From Octopus vulgaris (taxonomy: Eukaryota), in NCBI GenBank assembly GCA_951406725.2, contig OX597814.1, positions 69,130,001 to 69,194,000 of the forward strand: a DNA stretch of 64,000 nt. Direction: 5' to 3'. The first letter of the stretch is position 1. Every line of letters begins with the position of its first letter. The notes under the pieces were generated by a model that was not told where the DNA came from, ran no database searches, and was given only the letters and a program-made list of their open reading frames with translations. Position numbers and translations under genes: made by a program. Positions 38,260 through 53,000 of the stretch are shown one piece after another.

Positions 38260-38588
38260 TAAGGCTATGTGGTAAGATGCTCGCTTCCCTACCATATGGT
38301 TCTGGCGACCAAAGCTTTGTGAGTAGATGTGTTAGATGGAAAGTGAAAGAAGCTCGTCATATGTATATATCTGTGTGTGTGTTTATATTTCTATCTGGGT
38401 TTGTCTATCACAACTGTTGGATAGCCGGTACTGGTTTGCTTACATCTCTGTAACCAAGTAGTTTGGCAAAATAGAAGCTGCTATAGAATAAGTGCAAGGC
38501 TGAAAAAGTTATTGTGACCAACTTGCTCATTTAAAAACAAGCCCCAGCATGGTCACAGTCAAATGATTAAAACAAGTAAAATATAACA

Positions 38589-38649
<61 letters not shown>

Positions 38650-39030
38650 ATGTGTGTGCATGCACGTGTATATGTACACACACACAAACACATAAGTGTA
38701 CAAGCATGGATACACACTTCAAGCATCTTCTACAGGGCCAACCAGAGCCCTGTGTTCAGATTTGATAGACTGAAAGTGAAAGAAGCCATATGTATGTATA
38801 TACTTATGCATGTATGTACATGGGTAGGTAGGAATGTATACTTCTATATGTATGTAAGTAAATACAGATACATTTATACATAAAAGCACATGTGTATATA
38901 TCTTTTATCTTTTACTTGTTTCAGTCATTTGACTGTGGCCATACTGGAGCACTGCCTTGAAGGGTTTTAGTTCAACAAATCAGCACTAGGACTTATTAAT
39001 TTTTGAAACCTAGTACTACATGTAAGTATG
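38260..39030. mobile_element. Cluster of degraded SINE fragments and TG-rich microsatellites
   Basis: GGCTATGTGGTAAG..GCTTCCC head; GTTTCAGTCATTTGACTGTGGCCAT.CTGGAGCAC.GCC tail, a motif repeated elsewhere in the window. Confidence 0.55.
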
Positions 39031-39039
39031 TATGTATGT

Positions 39040-39660
39040 AACCCAGTACAACCTGTTGCATGGTCGGGCCATCGGCGACTAAACCGGCAACCCCACCAAG
39101 CTTGCTTGGTGAGGAGGGTGTTTAGTGGACACCCTGTGTGATGAAAAACAAAACCCGTCAAAGGGCAGAGGAACTCTTGAGAGTCAACGGCCATCTAATA
39201 AATGTCTTAAGGCCATATCATGCACGGGGACATAGAAATAATCGGACTGAATACCCGATCGCGCGGTTAAACCATTGGAAGGGAAGGACTCCTAGCCCTT
39301 GTTAGGGCATCCTTCTAGGAGAAGGTAACTCAGGTAACTGGGATAACTCCGACATAAAACCTGCAGCTCAGTGGTTACCGATGATGTTGACTTGTTCTTC
39401 TTTTCGGATTATGGCTGCTGTTGCTTAGTGAGTGGGATTGACTCAGTGCACAGCCTTTCCTCACTTTAAAAAAAATCTTCCTACATAGGCATTGCACGAT
39501 AACAACATTGTTCATGATTGTTGATGGTGCTGTGAGTCTCAATTGAATGGCTGGCTGTAGCCTTAAAAAGCAAATAAAATTCACATTCGATCACAGCACC
39601 TATAACAGTTAAGCCTCGTGCAATGGCCATACTTGATAACGAGGGGGCAGCCATCATGCA
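39040..39660 (+). mobile_element. Possible RTE-type 5' UTR / non-autonomous LINE derivative between (TATG)n tracts
   Basis: GC-richer island with AGGGCA..CTAGGAGAAGG.AACTC, a motif I associate with RTE 5' regions; no coding evidence. Confidence 0.35.
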
Positions 39661-40098
39661 TGCATGCACGCATTTATGTATGTATGTATGTATGTATGTA
39701 TGTATGTATGTATGTCTAGAAAAATGGTAGAATTGGTTTTGGTTATGTTGTTGCCTTTCCTCTTTTTGATGTCAATATAGTACTGAATACAAAGATTTGG
39801 GTTTGAAGATAGCATCATAATGCAATGAGTGAAATTGTGAAAAGAATATCATATCAGTTATTCTATATCTTGTGATATAATGGTGTGTCTCAGTAATATC
39901 TGTTAACACATAAAGTTAAAGGCTAATAAAATCAATATATCTCAAACCCAGATTCAATTGTAGTGAAAAATTTTAATTATCTTGTGACTGAATGTATAAT
40001 ACAACTCAAAGGAAGTAGATGTCAGTAAGAGGAAGGGACATTGTGAAACAGAATATCTCGCAAAATTTTAATGAAATGATCATTACTAGGTAAGTATT

Positions 40099-40104
40099 TT
40101 TATT
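40099..40104 (-). terminator. Candidate polyadenylation signal AATAAA of the dynein gene
   Basis: AATAAA on the minus strand about 115 nt after the stop codon. Confidence 0.5.
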
Positions 40105-40217
40105 TTCTGGTCAATTATGTTAAACTCTCACTGGAAATAAATTACTTTCAGAACTAATACTCAAACACAAATGTCATTAATTTTGTTTTAATGAATCTCT
40201 ATAGCAAAAAATATATA

Positions 40218-40835
40218 TTAAACTTGTAGCAACAAACAAACTCCACCAAGTATCCATTTGCTGGATTTCTCTTTAGTCTTCAAGTTGAATGTCCATACAA
40301 ATGTTGGGCCTCGTTGCTTAGTTTTGTACACAGGACACTGATAAATATTCTTTGTTTCTTGTCTATCTACTGGAATAGCTTTGAGGAAAACAATTGGCAA
40401 CATAGGTGTGAGTTCTTTCAATAGAGACTCCCCAATCATCCCAGTTTGTGTGTCCCATCTGGCTCCTTCCATAAAAAGGCCATGTATAAATGCTCCTTCC
40501 CTAGGAGGTCCAGCCATGTCATCACGACATTTCTTAGTGACATCACATTGAATACACATTTTATCTAGAGGCCATTCATTTTTACGAGCCATCTGTTGCA
40601 TAATTGCAGTAAGAAAAGATTGGGGGTTAAAGAATCCAGCCAACCAAACAGCAGCTGGTAGCTGAAAATCAGAAACCCAACCTTCTAGTTCTTTAACACG
40701 TTGGATTAGATCTGCATACCAAGCAGTCAAAGTATATAAAGAAGGGTATGCACGATTGGCCCATCCATTTGGTACTTGATCCATATACAAAGCATTACTT
40801 AAATCTTCCATGTCAGAGGTGATTGTCAATTCTCC
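40218..40835 (-). CDS. Terminal coding exon of axonemal outer-arm dynein beta heavy chain (DNAH9/DNAH17-like)
   Basis: Intact frame [80 protein letters not shown]; pyrimidine-rich TAG acceptor at 40836-40838, phase 0. Confidence 0.95.
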   Translation of the reverse strand, partial: GELTITSDMEDLSNALYMDQVPNGWANRAYPSLYTLTAWYADLIQRVKELEGWVSDFQLPAAVWLAGFFNPQSFLTAIMQQMARKNEWPLDKMCIQCDVTKKCRDDMAGPPREGAFIHGLFMEGARWDTQTGMIGESLLKELTPMLPIVFLKAIPVDRQETKNIYQCPVYKTKQRGPTFVWTFNLKTKEKSSKWILGGVCLLLQV

Positions 40836-41729
40836 CTATTCACAAAAAAGGAAAAAAGTATTAAAAAATTGATTAAAAGAGGAAGCAAAAATAATGTTCA
40901 TTAGTAATTCTGTTATGGTTTTGTTAGCAATGAAATATGCCTATATTTTTTCTCTATTTCAAGAAATACAGACAAAAGCAAGCTATACTATCCATTCTAT
41001 AATACTTATCTGATAAAGGATTTTTTCAGCTCAAATCCTACTGAAGATAACTTTCTTTTACCTGTCTAGGTTTGATGAAATATCAGATTAAATTGGATTC
41101 TCAGTACTTGATTAGTTCATGACCCAACATTAATCTTATTCCTGGCACTAACATTGATGAGCCTGCTTTTTATTAAATTTCACAAGCTTGCTGCATATAA
41201 TAAAAAAATAAATCTTTAAATTAAGGACTATTTAAGGGTGTGATATGGGGAAAAAAAGCACAATTCAGTTACCTCGCAGGTTCTCTCACAGCACCAATCC
41301 TTTCCAGCTGGGATATATCTGTGAGCGACTGAGCCAGAACCTAATAGCCTCTAGCCAGAACCTAATAGCAAATTCCCTCAACTCAAGCAGCCACACATAT
41401 CTGTCCTGTATTACAACCTCAAGGTGAAAAAGGCCCACACTAGACCTGCTTCCACTTACACCTCTGCTTCTGGCAAGGTTCTTCAGCCATTCGTGTATCA
41501 TCACTCACACTATTCTTCTGGTTCACCTCAACCCAACATGGTCCTCTGATCTCAAGGATCACCTCATTCCATGTCAAAATCTGTCATCAACCTCCTCCTC
41601 TTATGGCTGAGGGTCTTGCTAGAAGAAGAGGAGTGGAGGTCACATGAGTAGAAGCAGGAGTAGAGTGAGCCTTTGTCCCCTTGTCTACCTTTCTCAGAAT
41701 AGATTCAAAGACCATCACTATGATCTTTG

Positions 41730-42740
41730 TTGAATTCAGCCTGATCAAACAGCATGTCTGATCCTTATGCCTTACTAACTAATATTTCTATAATTTCTCA
41801 CGTGTAGATGTAGTTATGCCAACTTGAAGTGAACGATTGTGGAAAAACTTGTCATCTATTTCCATTATTGCAATGTTTCCCTGCAGATGTTAATAACATA
41901 TTGTACCACTTGTGTTGTATGATATGTAGGCATTCGGCTCTTGAAAGTTCAGTACCAGCCCAACCTAGTCTTTCATTGGTTGCAAGGGATTACAAGGGAT
42001 TCAAATACCTTCCTTGATCCATCTCACCAACATTCCCTCGAACTCACTCCTGGCACTCCTTTCAGGTTTTGCAGATAACAGTTTACCCTATTCCTCAACA
42101 TTTAGGGCTCTCCTTTCCAGAACAACTCAACCATTGAGCACAGCCTGAAAATCCTTGTCTATGATGGTGTATGCAACACAGTTCTCTCTAGGGCTCTCCC
42201 CATTCTCCTGTTGCAAGCTCACAGTGCATGGTGTTACCATATGTAACCCTGTTGTCATTAACTGTGACACCTTCTAGATGGTTGATTGATCACCCACCAA
42301 GAAGATGTCATGTCAACACCATCAACGCCATCAATTCCTTGCAGCCTTATTGTTGTTCCTGACCACCATCTCCACTTACTACTACCTCTACGTATGATCT
42401 CACTGCCATCAACTGCCCTTACACTACTCATCTTGTTCCACATTTTAGCCACCTTTGGGATCACTAAGGTCTTTGTACAGCCCGTGTCCATGATGGCTTT
42501 TAACACCTTCCCCTAACTGTAAGGAGCAACTGTACAAGCACACCTCCTTGCTTGAATGGAGAATTATTGAGGTAGTAGTCTCCTTTTAATCATTTCTCTG
42601 GCTGCAGTTGCTGGCAATATGTACTGCCTACTTGCACCAGTAGCAAATTCATTTGAGTTTCAGTTCCTTGCAGTCCTTCACCTTGTGCAAACCCTGACAT
42701 CTAAAATATGGGCCTTTAAATCATTATGGCTGCTCCACAG
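41730..42740 (-). mobile_element. Highly degraded relative of the 26107-30362 LTR element (gag knuckles, protease, RT start)
   Basis: KAIMDTGCTKTL..SSVRAVDG (ORF 42258-42506) and FRCQGLHKVKDC..ICYWC; DNA similar to 28500-29480. Confidence 0.75.
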
Positions 42741-42758
42741 ACGTTTCTTAGAATGAAA

Positions 42759-43297
42759 TAGGTCTAGAAAGTGATCTTATTTGGTCACAAGTTGATTTCT
42801 ACTGTGTGTATGCATGTGTGTGTGTAAGGATGCTTAGCTTAGTGGTTAGGGTGTTGTACCAGGAAGTGTGTTGTGTTCTTGAGCAAAATACTTCATCTCA
42901 TATTGCTCTGTGATCACTGTGACACACGTTGTGTGGGACACCATGTACCTGTTCAGGCAATGTTGATTTGATAGAGGGAGAGGGTTATTGTACAGTACCT
43001 ACACTTGATCTCTGTTAACAAACTATTTGTACATGTTGTTAAGCAAGTAATTTCAAAACCATCTTTTTCAGACTATGAGAGATTACCATCATGTGTTTTT
43101 TTTCTTTGAGTTTATTTAAGTTCTTAAGAGTGTTCAAAAGCAACCTGGTGTTTGTAAATATGAAGTATTTTGCTCAAGAACACAACACACTTCCTGGTAC
43201 AACACCCTAACCACTAAGCTAAGCATCCTTACACACACACATGCATACACACAGTAGAAATCAACTTGTGACCAAATAAGATCACTTTCTAGACCTA
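42759..43297. repeat. Perfect 138-bp inverted repeat (42759-42896 / 43160-43297)
   Basis: Exact reverse complement by eye; 263-bp spacer. Confidence 0.9.
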
Positions 43298-43299
43298 AT

Positions 43300-44420
43300 A
43301 TGTGGTTGAGTTGGTGCGTTGGTTGAGCTATTGATCTAAATCCCCAAGAATCTTTGGAATGTTTAACAGATCTTTGGAGAATCTACATCAGTTACTTTTG
43401 CTCTTTCTTCACGAAACCTAGTATTTCTTGTTTTTTTGCATAAATTTGTAGGTACAAAGCCAATGATGATAGTTACAAATGAGAATTTATAGTTAGAATG
43501 CAAGAGCTGTAAGTTCTGCATAAATGTTCTGTTTTTGCTAGACTTTTGATGGTACATTCACATCTGTTGGGCAGCTAACTTCTATAACAGCACATGGCTT
43601 TTTTTCCCAGTCACACAGAACAATATCAGGTCTGTTATGTTTGCACCAAATTGCTCTTTGTTATTGACATGTTTCACCTGTATTCCTTGTTTTTAAAGGT
43701 GTGATTACCTTCCTGTGAGTGGTGTTGTAAATAGTATTTGCAACGATATCATTCCTCAGGGGTAGGTAGTATCTTGTAGACGTTTTTGGACAGCTGCTGA
43801 TGATGCGGATGATATCTTCCACAATGGCATAGCAGAACTGACATTTTCTATCACAATGTGAAGGACTGATGGTACCTTTGTCTCTCTTGTTTATCAGATA
43901 GTGAAAGTATATCCTTCAAGGTGGAATGTAATACTGTTAATGCTGTTGTTAACCTTTAGCTTATGGGATATGCATTCTTCTCCAAGCTGCTGTTTAAGTA
44001 GGGCAGTCAAGACTCCTTTGGGTCATATGAGACAGTTACATTCTCAGAGTATCTGCACTTTGAAGATGCTGTTGCTCTCATTTTTGAGTTTGCTTGGAAT
44101 GTGCTCATTTCTTTCTTTACTGTTCAGCAGGTGTTGTCTGAATGATACAATGCAACATTCAAAGGCTGTTTGGGCTGACCTTATGCTTCTACTGCCATCA
44201 TTTCATCTCACATAGATCCTATGGGTGTCACTGTTAATATGGAAGTTGCCAGTGGTGGTCAGCACCATTCTAGTTGTGATGTCCAGGCAGTGGATCTCTT
44301 CAATGTTCTTGGGGGAAAGAGTAGTCAGCCAATATATACCAATATCTAGCTCAGCATCCATTGCTTTTTAAACAGGGTTGTGAGAATTGCCCTGTAGAAC
44401 ATTAGCTTTTCTGTTAGGTG
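43300..44420 (-). mobile_element. Degraded R4-like RLE non-LTR element
   Basis: CQFCYAIVEDIIRIISSCPK..KHNRPDIV..IEVSCPTDVNV on the minus strand. Confidence 0.65.
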
Positions 44421-45021
44421 ATTTTCCCTTCAGAAGTTTCATAATAACTGTCACAAATGTTTCGCTGGTAATGTTATATATTTTGGGTGAGGCATTTACA
44501 TGATACTCACTTTGCAGTTTTGTTTAACAATGCTGCATTGCAATTGTGTTCCTCACCAGAATGACTCTAGGTCTTCCTGGGGAGGAGCATTTACTAACTT
44601 GATGGTATTGCTTTTCATACTGTGATATATAGCTTGTAGGTTTTGGGCAAACTTGCGGTTTTATCATATTTCATTCATGTGGTCAGTTTGCTTGTGAGTA
44701 TTTCTTGACAGTAATTCCAATACAATTTGGAGAATGCAGTTGTAGCTGGTGATTTATGAATTCATTTTTAGTTTTACATTTGATGATATTGTCCAACTGT
44801 CCCATTCTTTTTTCTGAGTCTGTTAATGTTATACTCTCATTTGCTACTGCACAGTTACTGCAGCACAATATAGCAAGGCACTTATTGTCCAAAAGCTGAG
44901 AGTTTGAATTTGAGCTATCTCGTTTTTGTCAATTACAGATAAAACTTGAGTTATGGTCCAATGCATATCATAATCAGTGGCCCGGGAACAAAATTTGCTT
45001 AGTGGGTGCAAACTCAGTTCC

Positions 45022-45664
45022 AAAATTTGGCACTACTGAAGAAGTGTGGATCTGAGTTCTGGGAGTGTGCATGTCACAAATTTGCGCATGCAGTAAATGG
45101 AGAGTGGGTTATCCATCTAATACAAGAAGAAAATTGCAGATAAATTGAATAAAAACATGAAAAATAACAAAATGATATTTCATTGAAAAGTAAACCATTC
45201 TGAAAGATAGTTCAGAATATTTTCAAAACATCCATCTCCAGCTTTTCCCATATTTTATTAAGGGTTAGGGGTTAGGGTTTAGGGTTAGGTTGAGGGTTAG
45301 GGTTTATGGTTTTTTTTTTGTTTTTATGACCGGGTCAAACGCTTTAGTTTGATCATTTAGGGTTAGGGTAGATGAATGTTTTTTTCAGTATTCAATGATT
45401 ATTTTTCACTTTTATATTCAATTTATCAGCAATTTTCTTTTTGTATTACATGGATAACCCTGCTCCATTTACAAGTAGCATGCGTCCGTGTGCCTCGTTG
45501 TTTACCTCTGTATTAAAATCAACTAGTAGCGCACATCCATGCGTCTCGTCGTTTGCCTTGTGAGCTAAAATCGACTACTTACAACTAACGCATGCGCACG
45601 CACAAATTTGTGACATGCACATTCTCAGAACTCAGGTCCACACTTCTGTAGTACCCAAATTTTT
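45022..45664. mobile_element. MITE-like foldback element with ~150-bp imperfect terminal inverted repeats and internal TTAGGG repeats
   Basis: AGAAGTGTGGA.CTGAGTTCTG..GTGCATGTCACAAATTTG is mirrored at the right end; GGGTTA repeats at 45261-45305 and 45357-45369. Confidence 0.75.
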
Positions 45665-45962
45665 ACAAACAAGGTGAAATTTTCTAATTTGGGTATAAAA
45701 ACAAACAAATGTTCAATAATAACTTTTATTATTATGAGGATCGACTGGAAAATTAACAGGTGGACCAATATATTCTCATGGAATGTGACCAAATGAAGTT
45801 CATTTTTAAATATTAGAACCTTTTCTGCTTGATTTCACCTTCAGAAATTTTAAAATTAAGCGAAAATTTTCAAATTTGATACATTGGTGTAATTTTTTAC
45901 ATTGAATCTGATGCTATTCACTTATTCCAGAAAAACTTTAGAAAACTGTAACAGAGGTTTAA

Positions 45963-47001
45963 CCCTTTCGTTACTATATTTCTGACCAAAATACACGCCT
46001 CATGAGTTTCAATTAAATTCTAAAATAATCATGAATCTAGGCTTGTTTCATTAAATAACTGTAACTTTTTTTACTTATCAACATATTAATGTGATATTTG
46101 GAACATAATTAAAGAAAGGGTTCTTAATCAATTCTATTGCATAACTTTTGTCTCAAAGGTAAATCCAGGTAAATTGAGCAAAAGGTAAAAATATTAAAAT
46201 TTTAAATTGAGCAAAAGGTAGTATGCAACAAAATTTTGATAAAGAAGAATTGTGCACATCACTATATCATCAGTTGAATTTAATGCACAACAGGTGTACC
46301 ATAAAGGTGGAATAAAGTGAAATACTGGAATCCACCGTAAGTTTGACCGAACTAAAGAAATCGGTCAAAAAATAATATACGGCCCTGGTTATGGTATGGA
46401 AGTGATAAATTCCAGACCACATCATTCCCTAGGCCATGCTGACTAATATTATTTTCCCTGTATAAAAACTAAATCCACGCAGTACCCAGTATTTGCTTCA
46501 CAAATTTTCCGAAATTTGAACCCCTATTTTGTGTTTGTTTACAATCTGCGTAAATTTGTTTCCGCATTGATCGCTTCAAACAATAACTTCCAGACCACAT
46601 CATACCCTAAGCCATGCTGACTAACATTAGTTTCCCTGTATAAAAACTAAATCCACAACAGTACCCAGTATTTGTTTCACAAATTTTCCAATTCGGAATC
46701 AATGTTTGATAACATGAAACTCCTATCCATTTTCAAAGTTGAAGAAAAATCGATGCCGAAAAAAATGTGGAAAAAAATCTCCCAAAATTCAGGGAATTAA
46801 AATTACACATCGATCGTTGTACAAAACTGTAGATGAATTGTTTACGAAGCATAATCACGTGTTTTCACGAATGTACTAAAGAGATTTGCTCTGATATTCT
46901 CATTTAAATATGAATAGGTAAATTCGGGCGGGTTTGGGCGGTTTGGTCACATTAATCAAAATTTTTTTCGGGCGGCTTTGGGCGGTTTGGTAACGAAAGG
47001 G
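45963..47001. mobile_element. Non-autonomous piggyBac-type element
   Basis: TTAA|CCCTTTCGTTAC ... GTAACGAAAGGG|TTAA; subterminal GGGCGG repeats; internal ~100-bp duplication (46410-46512 / 46589-46690). Confidence 0.9.
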
Positions 47002-47199
47002 TTAATGTTTGATCATTTTTCCCTCAATCAGAGAACAGGATGCGGAAGCTGGCATTTTGTACAAGGTGACAGTTTTAATAAAGTTTTGTGAAATGTTGAA
47101 TAAACATACTGTTGATTTAGTTCATGTGAACAATACACATTTTTGAAATTGGAACAAAATTGAGACAATTGAAAAGTGAAAATCAAACAGAAAAAATCA

Positions 47200-47700
47200 T
47201 CTACATACATCTTTCAGCGATTCATTGCTTCGATTGCCTTGGGAAAGAAGCTATCCTGTTAGTTAAACAAGTTTTCAACAGCTGATAAGACATCATCACT
47301 AAGATATTGGTTCCTAACCGAGTATTTTTTATATATATATATGTAGGGGATATAGATAATAAGATGAGGTCAAATCACTAAAGTAGGGAGGGTGGCTTAG
47401 CAGTTCAAAGCCAATCACAAACAGCAGCCATCGAAACCAATTACTTGTGCACTGGAGTATTTGTTTCGATGAAAGTATTTGTTTTCCTTGCGTTTGGCCT
47501 TGATAGCCTTTCGCAACTGCCTTAGAAAGGTGGCACAGTACAGCACTCTCCATTGATGGTGAGAGCCTTTTGAAAGTAGTCAATAAACACGATGATTTTT
47601 GCAATCCAAAATACTGAGGTCATCACTTTCCCTGCAGATTAAACGATCTTGATGACCTTCTTTAGAGTAAGTGTTGAGGAGTGTCTCCACGGTTAGATTA
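47200..47700 (-). mobile_element. mariner transposase relic
   Basis: SAGKVMTSVFW..FIDY..TINGE and GFELLSHPPYFSDLTSSYYL (YSPDLAPSDY-like motif). Confidence 0.8.
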
Positions 47701-48454
47701 TCTCTTATTCTCTAACTCAAAATGATGAACCCAACACATTTAAGGAAACTGGATTTGCCTCAAGCAATGTCAGATATTCTCGAAATGTCATCAGGGAGTG
47801 TGGAGACAAGGAAATAAAGGTAGTTGAAAGTGATAATAAGAGGAAGAAATGAAGATGAGTAAAGAGAGAAAAGAAGCAGATATATGAAGAGAAAGATAAG
47901 TAGAAATAGATAGAGAATGTTTTGCAAACAAGAGGGGAAAGAAGCCGAGAGGAGCAGGATAGAAAATTAAGACAATATCGGCCAAATGTTGACCGCTGAG
48001 TATGAACACATATTATATGTGTATACATACACAGGCATAAAGAGTGAGATAGAGAAAGATTTTGAATTTCTGTTGAATACAACATGGCAGATGATTAAAA
48101 AGGGCAGACACAAGAAAGAAAAAAGAAGAAAGTAAAGGACCACGTTTAAGGCCACTGAATTGTAACGAAAGAACTCTGGTCGAACAAAAACCTGAAAAAC
48201 AAATAGTGAACATCAAATAAATAGTGCTTGTGTTTTTATTGGCAAAACCAGCAACACGACCTCCCATCCAATATATTTCAAAAGACGATAGGTCATACTA
48301 GAGCACCGTCTTTTATTTGAACAAATCAATGCCAGGAATTATTCTTTGGAAGCTTTGTATTTATTCTATCGCCTCTTTTTCCGAACCAACATAAAGACAC
48401 ACAAATACATACATTCATATGTATATGCGTGTGTGTATGTGTGCTTGCATATGT

Positions 48455-48595
<141 letters not shown>

Positions 48596-48989
48596 GTTCT
48601 TTCGTCACACTTCTGCGACCTCATCAGTGTCTTTCGCTTTCCTCCTTGTGTTGCCTCGTTCTAATGATCCGCCTTGTGATTTGACTTCTATTTTTATCAA
48701 TGTCAGCCCCAAGTGGGCAGATTCAGAAATCTATAATATACACACACACACATATATATATATATACACTGTAAAGTGGTTGGCGTTAGGAAGGGCACCC
48801 AACCACGAAAACCTTGCCAAACTAGTTGGGACCTGGTAGCCCTTGGCTTCTGGCCCTGTCGAATCATACAACCTATACCAGTATGGAAAGCAGACGTTAG
48901 ATGATGATGAATATATATAATATTTATAATGTATAATATATATATATTAATGTATATATATGTGCATGCTTGTATCACTTTCTCTCTCT

Positions 48990-49052
<63 letters not shown>

Positions 49053-49063
49053 TATATAGAAGG

Positions 49064-49114
49064 AGCTTCTACAGGACTAGAACTGTTTCATTCAAGAGAA
49101 ATCATCAGGAAGCT
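49064..49114 (-). ncRNA. Type I hammerhead ribozyme motif (copy 1)
   Basis: AGCTTC-CTGATGA-tttctcttgaat-GAAA-CAG ttctagtc CTG-TA-GAAGCT on the minus strand. Confidence 0.8.
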
Positions 49115-49403
49115 AGTTAACAAGAATTGTTTTGGCATTTATACATTTAGGCAGGTTTAAAGGGGTGGTAGTGGGGGACTTTTTGGGGGTAGGCATAGCG
49201 CAAAAGTATCATACTTAGGGGAGTGGTCAAGGAGTCAGTGGTATAGTAGATAAAAGAATAAATAAAAGAATAAAATAAAAAAAAATAAATAAATAAATAA
49301 ATAGAAGAATAGAGTTTTAGGTAAATAAGGAGACTCTCACTTATACATATACACATATGTATATATATACACACACACACACATATACATACACACATAT
49401 ACG

Positions 49404-49450
<47 letters not shown>

Positions 49451-49568
49451 GTATATATACACACACGCCCACACATACATATACATACATACAAATATAT
49501 ACATACACACACATACCCATACACACATACACACACATATATACATACACACATGCACACACATGTCC

Positions 49569-49607
<39 letters not shown>

Positions 49608-50313
49608 CATATGTGTACCTATACATACCTACACATACACACATATACATACACATACAAACCCATTCTCTTATTTTAATTTTATTATTATTTTCTTTTA
49701 TTACATTTGTTATCTTTGACCGCGGTCACAAGCATCTTGGCTATCGTCCCCCTGGGGACGACAGCAAGTCGATTTATCTTTCTACTCGAACACAAGCACT
49801 CACTCACGCACGCACACTCATTCGCACGCACACACACTCATTCGTACAATAATACACATACACGCACGCACGCGTTATATTCATACATACATACATCTAC
49901 ATACATTCACATATATACACATACGTACGCGTACCTACAGATTCATGTCTACACGCTTACACATACATACCTCAATACACCCACAGAAGACTAGTCCATA
50001 CATATACACCAATAAATATATATACACATATACATATACACCTACATACACATACATACACATACACATATATACGTATATATACATACATATACATACA
50101 CCTATACATACATACATATATACACATACACCCACACATATACATATACATATATATACACACATACATACATGTACTTATATATATATATAAATTACTA
50201 CGATGATCCGGTTCTTGACTGAAGACTGAGGGTTTCGAATGTCCTGTCCGTGTTTATTGTATCGTCTTCTAAGAGTTATACGTTCTTGTCCATGTTGTAT
50301 TTTTCTACATACC

Positions 50314-50367
<54 letters not shown>

Positions 50368-50830
50368 CATACATACATACATACATACACACACACATAT
50401 ACACATATACATGTGTACACATACACACACACACGCGCGCATCCATATATACACATAAGTACACACATGCGTAAAAGTATACATATATTTATACATATGC
50501 TTACACATACACACACACACGCGCGCCTCCTTATGTTCATATACTTACATGCATACTCAAAAAATAAATAATAAAATATATATACGTGCAGTTATTCATA
50601 TACATACATGCATACTCAAAAAATAAATAATAAATATTAAATATATATACGTGCAGTTACCTATTATACAGACGGATACATACATATAAACTTACACATA
50701 TATACCTATTTACACATATGTATATATACATACATACATACATAACTCTACATACCTACATATACATAAACACACGAGCATACACGTATATGTACATATA
50801 CACATATACATACATATACATATACATATA

Positions 50831-50872
<42 letters not shown>

Positions 50873-50942
50873 TACACATACACACATATATATATACATA
50901 CATATACACACATACACACACATACATACATATACATATATA

Positions 50943-50973
<31 letters not shown>

Positions 50974-51404
50974 ATTTGTGTATACATACATACATACTCA
51001 TACACACACACACACATACACATACACACACATATATACACGCATGTACACATAAGTACATACATGCATAAATGTATACATATTTCTATACAAGTGCATA
51101 CACATACACACACTCACGCGCCACCTTATATACATAAATACATACATGCATACAAACGCATACTCAAGTAATAAATAATAAGTAATAAGTAATAAATAAT
51201 AAATAATAAGTATATATACATGCAGTTACCCTTTATACAGACGGAAACATTCATATAAACATACATATATACATATATATACATATACACATATATACAT
51301 ATATATATATATATATATACATACATATATATATATATACACCTATCTACACATATGCATATATACACACATACATGCACATACGTATAACTCTACATAC
51401 CCAC

Positions 51405-51441
<37 letters not shown>

Positions 51442-51522
51442 CTACACATCTGTATATACACACACATACATGCACATACACATAACTCTACATACCTACA
51501 TATACATCGACACACTAGCGTA

Positions 51523-51557
<35 letters not shown>

Positions 51558-51584
51558 CACATACACACACACACATATATATAC

Positions 51585-51621
<37 letters not shown>

Positions 51622-51650
51622 TACACACATATATATGTATGTATATATAT

Positions 51651-51765
<115 letters not shown>

Positions 51766-51999
51766 CGATGATGATGATGATGATGATATATATATAAGTG
51801 TACGCTAGTGTGTCGATGTATATGTAGGTATGTAGAGTTATGTGTATGTGCATGTATGTGTGTGTATATACAGATGTGTAGATGGGTATATATATATATA
51901 TATATATATATATGTAGGTCCCGGGTTGATTCGGGGTTAACCACAGTAAATGAGGTACTCAATACATAGCAGAGTAAACTTAATTTATTATATAGAAGG

Positions 52000-52050
52000 A
52001 GCTTCTACAGGACTAGAACTGTTTCATTCAAGAGAAATCATCAGGAAGCT
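52000..52050 (-). ncRNA. Type I hammerhead ribozyme motif (copy 2)
   Basis: Identical to copy 1. Confidence 0.8.
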
Positions 52051-52386
52051 AGTTAACAAGAATTGTATTGGCATTTATACATTTAGGCAGGTTTAAAGGG
52101 GTGGTGGTGGGGGACTTTTTGGGGGTAGGCATAGCGCAAAAATATCATACTTGGGGGAGTGGTCAAGGAGTCAGTGGTAAATTAGATAAAAGAATAAATA
52201 AAAGAATAAAAAAATTTAAAAAATTTTAAAAATTAAAAAAATATATAGAAGAATAGAGTTTTAGGTAAATAAGGAGATTCTCACTTATACATATACACAT
52301 ATGTATATATATACACACACACACATATACATACACACATACATACACACACACATATATATATATATACATATATATATACATAC

Positions 52387-52433
<47 letters not shown>

Positions 52434-52591
52434 TATGCATACACATATACATACACACATGTATATATACACACACGTCACACATACATATACACACAAA
52501 AATATATACATATACACACACATACACATACACACATACACACACATATCCACATACACACATGCACACACAAGTCCCTATATACACATAT

Positions 52592-52644
<53 letters not shown>

Positions 52645-52959
52645 CATATGTGTACCTATACATACCTACACATACACACATATACATACAAATACAAACC
52701 CATTCCCTAATTTTAATTTTATTATCTTCATTTATTACTTTTGTTATCTTTGATCGCTGGTCACAAGCATCTTGGCTACGACAGCAAGTCCATTTATCTT
52801 TCTACTTGAACACAAGCACTCACTCACGCACGCACACTCATTAGCACGCACACTCACTCATTCGTACACTCATACACATACACGCACGCACGCGTTATAT
52901 TCATACATACATACATGTACGTACATTCACATATATACACATGTATATGTGTATGCATA

Positions 52960-53000
<41 letters not shown>

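Noticed and set aside
41230-41640. Possible LTR of the degraded Gypsy relative
   Set aside because: No second LTR, TSD or clear termini to confirm it.
50205-50280. CTGAAGA motif in the left-arm insert as a hammerhead
   Set aside because: The GAAA box and stem III are not intact.
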